A stretch of DNA of 64,000 nt from Schmidtea polychroa (Eukaryota): NCBI GenBank assembly GCA_044892525.1, contig CM097885.1, positions 27,096,001 to 27,160,000 on the forward strand, read 5' to 3'. The notes beneath the pieces were generated by a model that was not told the origin of the DNA, did not search any database, and saw only the letters and a program-made list of their open reading frames with translations. The position numbers and the translations under genes were made by a program. Below are positions 60,946-64,000 of the stretch, piece after piece (the stretch's first letter is position 1; every line of letters starts with the position of its first letter).

Positions 60946-63900
60946 ATTAAGGTTAGTAAATAAAACTTATAACACCTACTATTTTTAATAATATTTAAAC
61001 TATAAAAATCAAGACAAGAGAGGACAAGGCAAAGTTTATGCATTTAGTATTGCCAGGTCTAATGAGCAGTGACCAAATATCTGTGCCTGAAAGACACGGT
61101 GGATATTTGTTCGCGTCCACAAGGGTCGTCTGTGCCTCCCCCAAGTGGGGTCAGAAGAACCTGGGCATTATAGTTTTCCGTATGGAACATTACGCCTAGC
61201 ATGGGTAGTCAACTACCAGCACATTCGAAACGTATAATTTCAAAATACATGCGTCATTGGCACTATAACCAAATTAATTAATGTTTTCACTAACACAAAT
61301 ATATATTTACAGAGGCCTCCCACTAGTTGGATTACAACCGCCCACCACGACGATCAGCTTGTAAATATATATTAATTAAGGGATAAAGAGGACCCACCCA
61401 ACCCTATTATATTTAATTTACAAATTTTTCTCGCTCTTCTGTTGGTAATCTATCTCAAAATTAATCTCTCCATCAGGCCATTTGATAGTGATTTCATGGA
61501 ATACATCTTGCGAATTGGACATATTTCTTAGTTTCTGATGTGGCGTCAACTATCATTGCTAAAATTTACTTACATTATCTAGCATTTTATCGTCACAGGC
61601 TTGATAAATTAGGCAACTGTTATTTGTGGTATACTTTTTCAATGTCATTTCCCACCATAAAACACAGATACCTAAATATAATATATATATTTTAAAGAAT
61701 TAATTCATGTCTTACATTAATAATAATATTCTTCAGGTAGTACTTTACAATATCTAATTGCTAAAACATCGGTTTTTCCCATTTTTCTTGACATTCGTTG
61801 AAAGTTTACATAATTTAAGTCTGATAATTCATGTTGAAGGACACCCACAATCAGCTAATTCATTTAAGAAATCCAGAACATAGCAATGTTTCACCATTTT
61901 GTCTGGTTCATTTTCTTCTATAATTCATGTTTTAATAAGAAATTTCTAAATCCAGAACATAAGTCATTTAGTGTTTCACCATTTTGTTCATCTTCTTCAT
62001 AATTATATAATTCATTTTCTTCATTACTAAGTAAAATAATTAAAATATTGTAGTAAATTCTTTATTTACTTACTTTATGGATACTAAAACGAAAGAAATA
62101 AAGTTATTTCAAAAGTATATTTAAATATTTTAAATTTAAATAATTTAAATTTAGTTATTTAAACATATTTAAACACTTTAGTTATTTAAGCATATTTAAA
62201 CATTAATATTATTATATAGTATAATTTTATATAATTTTATATAATATTATAATATTATAATATTATGTATTGTAAATTTAATATATCCTTAATTTAATTT
62301 TTTAAATTCAAAAATTTATAATGAAGATTCTTTGAATTAAAAAATATTCTGTTAGTATTTCCAGGCAGAAAACAACGAATTCAATAATTAAAATCTTAAT
62401 TTTCATGTTGTTAGGGTTGTGGCCAGAAGTTAATCGCCATCTAATCGTTTGTTCTCAATTTCGCTCATTTTTGTTCAAAACATTCAGGTGAGTTGTTATC
62501 TGGAAAGTTTCTTTGAGCTCAGTTTTGTTAAAACACTCACGGTATTCTTGAGGGACGTGACACTGGGAATAAATTAACAATGGGTGGTCTTGCATACATG
62601 TTGTTGTTTTGAACTGTTGATTTATTTTAGAAATATGTATATTAAAAACATTTAGGGTATCATTCAGTAAAATAATATAGTATTTTTGAGTATGTTTTAG
62701 TTGATTTATAAATAACAGTATTTTGATATATCAATAAAGACCATATACTCCTAGTTTATCCGACAAAATATTCTGTCCCCCTATGGATATTGCTAGCAAG
62801 GGTACTGGTCACATTCAACATGTCGCAAGGCTATATTAATCATTTAGAAATTCTTAGGTAATTTAGTAAGATGATCAGAAATTCGTGAATATTTTAAATG
62901 TAACTTTACACTTATGTCGAGCGACTAATTTATTGGTTAACTTTGTAGTCATTTAAAGCAAAAATTAATTTATTCATCTAATGTTCGTTACAATAGTTAA
63001 TAATATGAGAAAAACATGGTCATTATTCATTGATAATTTTTAATTCTTTATCATTTGGAGTAAATTTGTTTGAGGCAAAAATAATTAAAGGAGTCATAAT
63101 AGAAATATGGTTATCATTTATCCAATTAAGGGGCCTATTATTTAGAAATATATATTATAAAGTAACAATTATTTTCTAATTTAATTAGATGATCATTAGA
63201 CGTAATATATCTTTGCGAGAAATTTAAGATGTTTGAGTAACCAAAACATGGACATTTTGTGCGATAAATTTATGAATATTGCTTAATTTTGTTATTTTTA
63301 GTCATTTAAAATAATATTTAGCAAAGGTAATTTAGCAAAATATCATTTATCCATCCGATAACAATATTCCTTCAATAGATTAACTGATATTCAACCTATT
63401 TAATTTCTGGAAATATAATTAAAATCATAAATTTCCTTCATGAAAGTTAAATTTTCTTTAGTTGTCGATGTCTTACTCTTTTAAGTCAATATTTTTGTTA
63501 CCGTTATCTTCATAATGAATGTCCGTCTTTAAAATGTTAAATAAAATAATTTAAAGCAATAACCTTTGATATCAATTATCTCTAAATATTTCAAATATTG
63601 CATTGTCAAAACCAAGTAAATTAGTCATTACCCATTAATAAAACCGTGGATAATTAATAAAAACTGGTTCTGAAACATAAATTACTGTGCAATAACATTC
63701 ATCACAACCTCTAAAACGATATAATTTCACAGGAACTATTCATAGCTGACTATTTCCCTTGAAAATTTGATATTTTACCAATAAGAATATATAAATATTC
63801 AAAACATTAACCGATCCCTCACCAAATATCTTTACCCCTTAAAACACCTTAAATCGTATATATTACCATCTTAACCTTCACTAAATCCAACCGAATATAA

Positions 63901-64000
63901 TTTCATCCACTTGTGCCCTTTAATAAATCTTAAAATCTATAGAAAATTCTTCAAAATATGAATTTTATTTAATTGTCACAGACATTCTTCCATTGAAATA

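Overview
Very AT-rich eukaryotic DNA with (ATT)n and (TA)n microsatellites and ~45-bp introns, consistent with an invertebrate such as a planarian flatworm (inferred from sequence style only). The main feature is a 15.3-kb Maverick/Polinton-derived element (1928-17198) with AGTAG...CTACT ends and a perfect 6-bp GCAGTT target-site duplication (TSD). It is almost one giant palindrome. Each arm has a spliced, C-terminally truncated protein-primed PolB and an adenain protease. Only the left arm has the full major capsid gene, a core-like gene and a penton fragment, and I see no integrase or packaging ATPase. It resembles an integrated copy-back (panhandle) defective genome. Host genes are a partial PIM-like kinase, an intronless Methuselah/adhesion-type GPCR, and an 8-exon asparaginase-ankyrin gene (22818-52978, minus) with mobile-element-filled introns. 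Other mobile DNA includes a Gypsy element with both LTRs, solo LTRs, a MULE with a 9-bp TSD, a hAT MITE, a fold-back element and further decayed Maverick-like elements. Coordinates were read by eye and may be off by a few bases.
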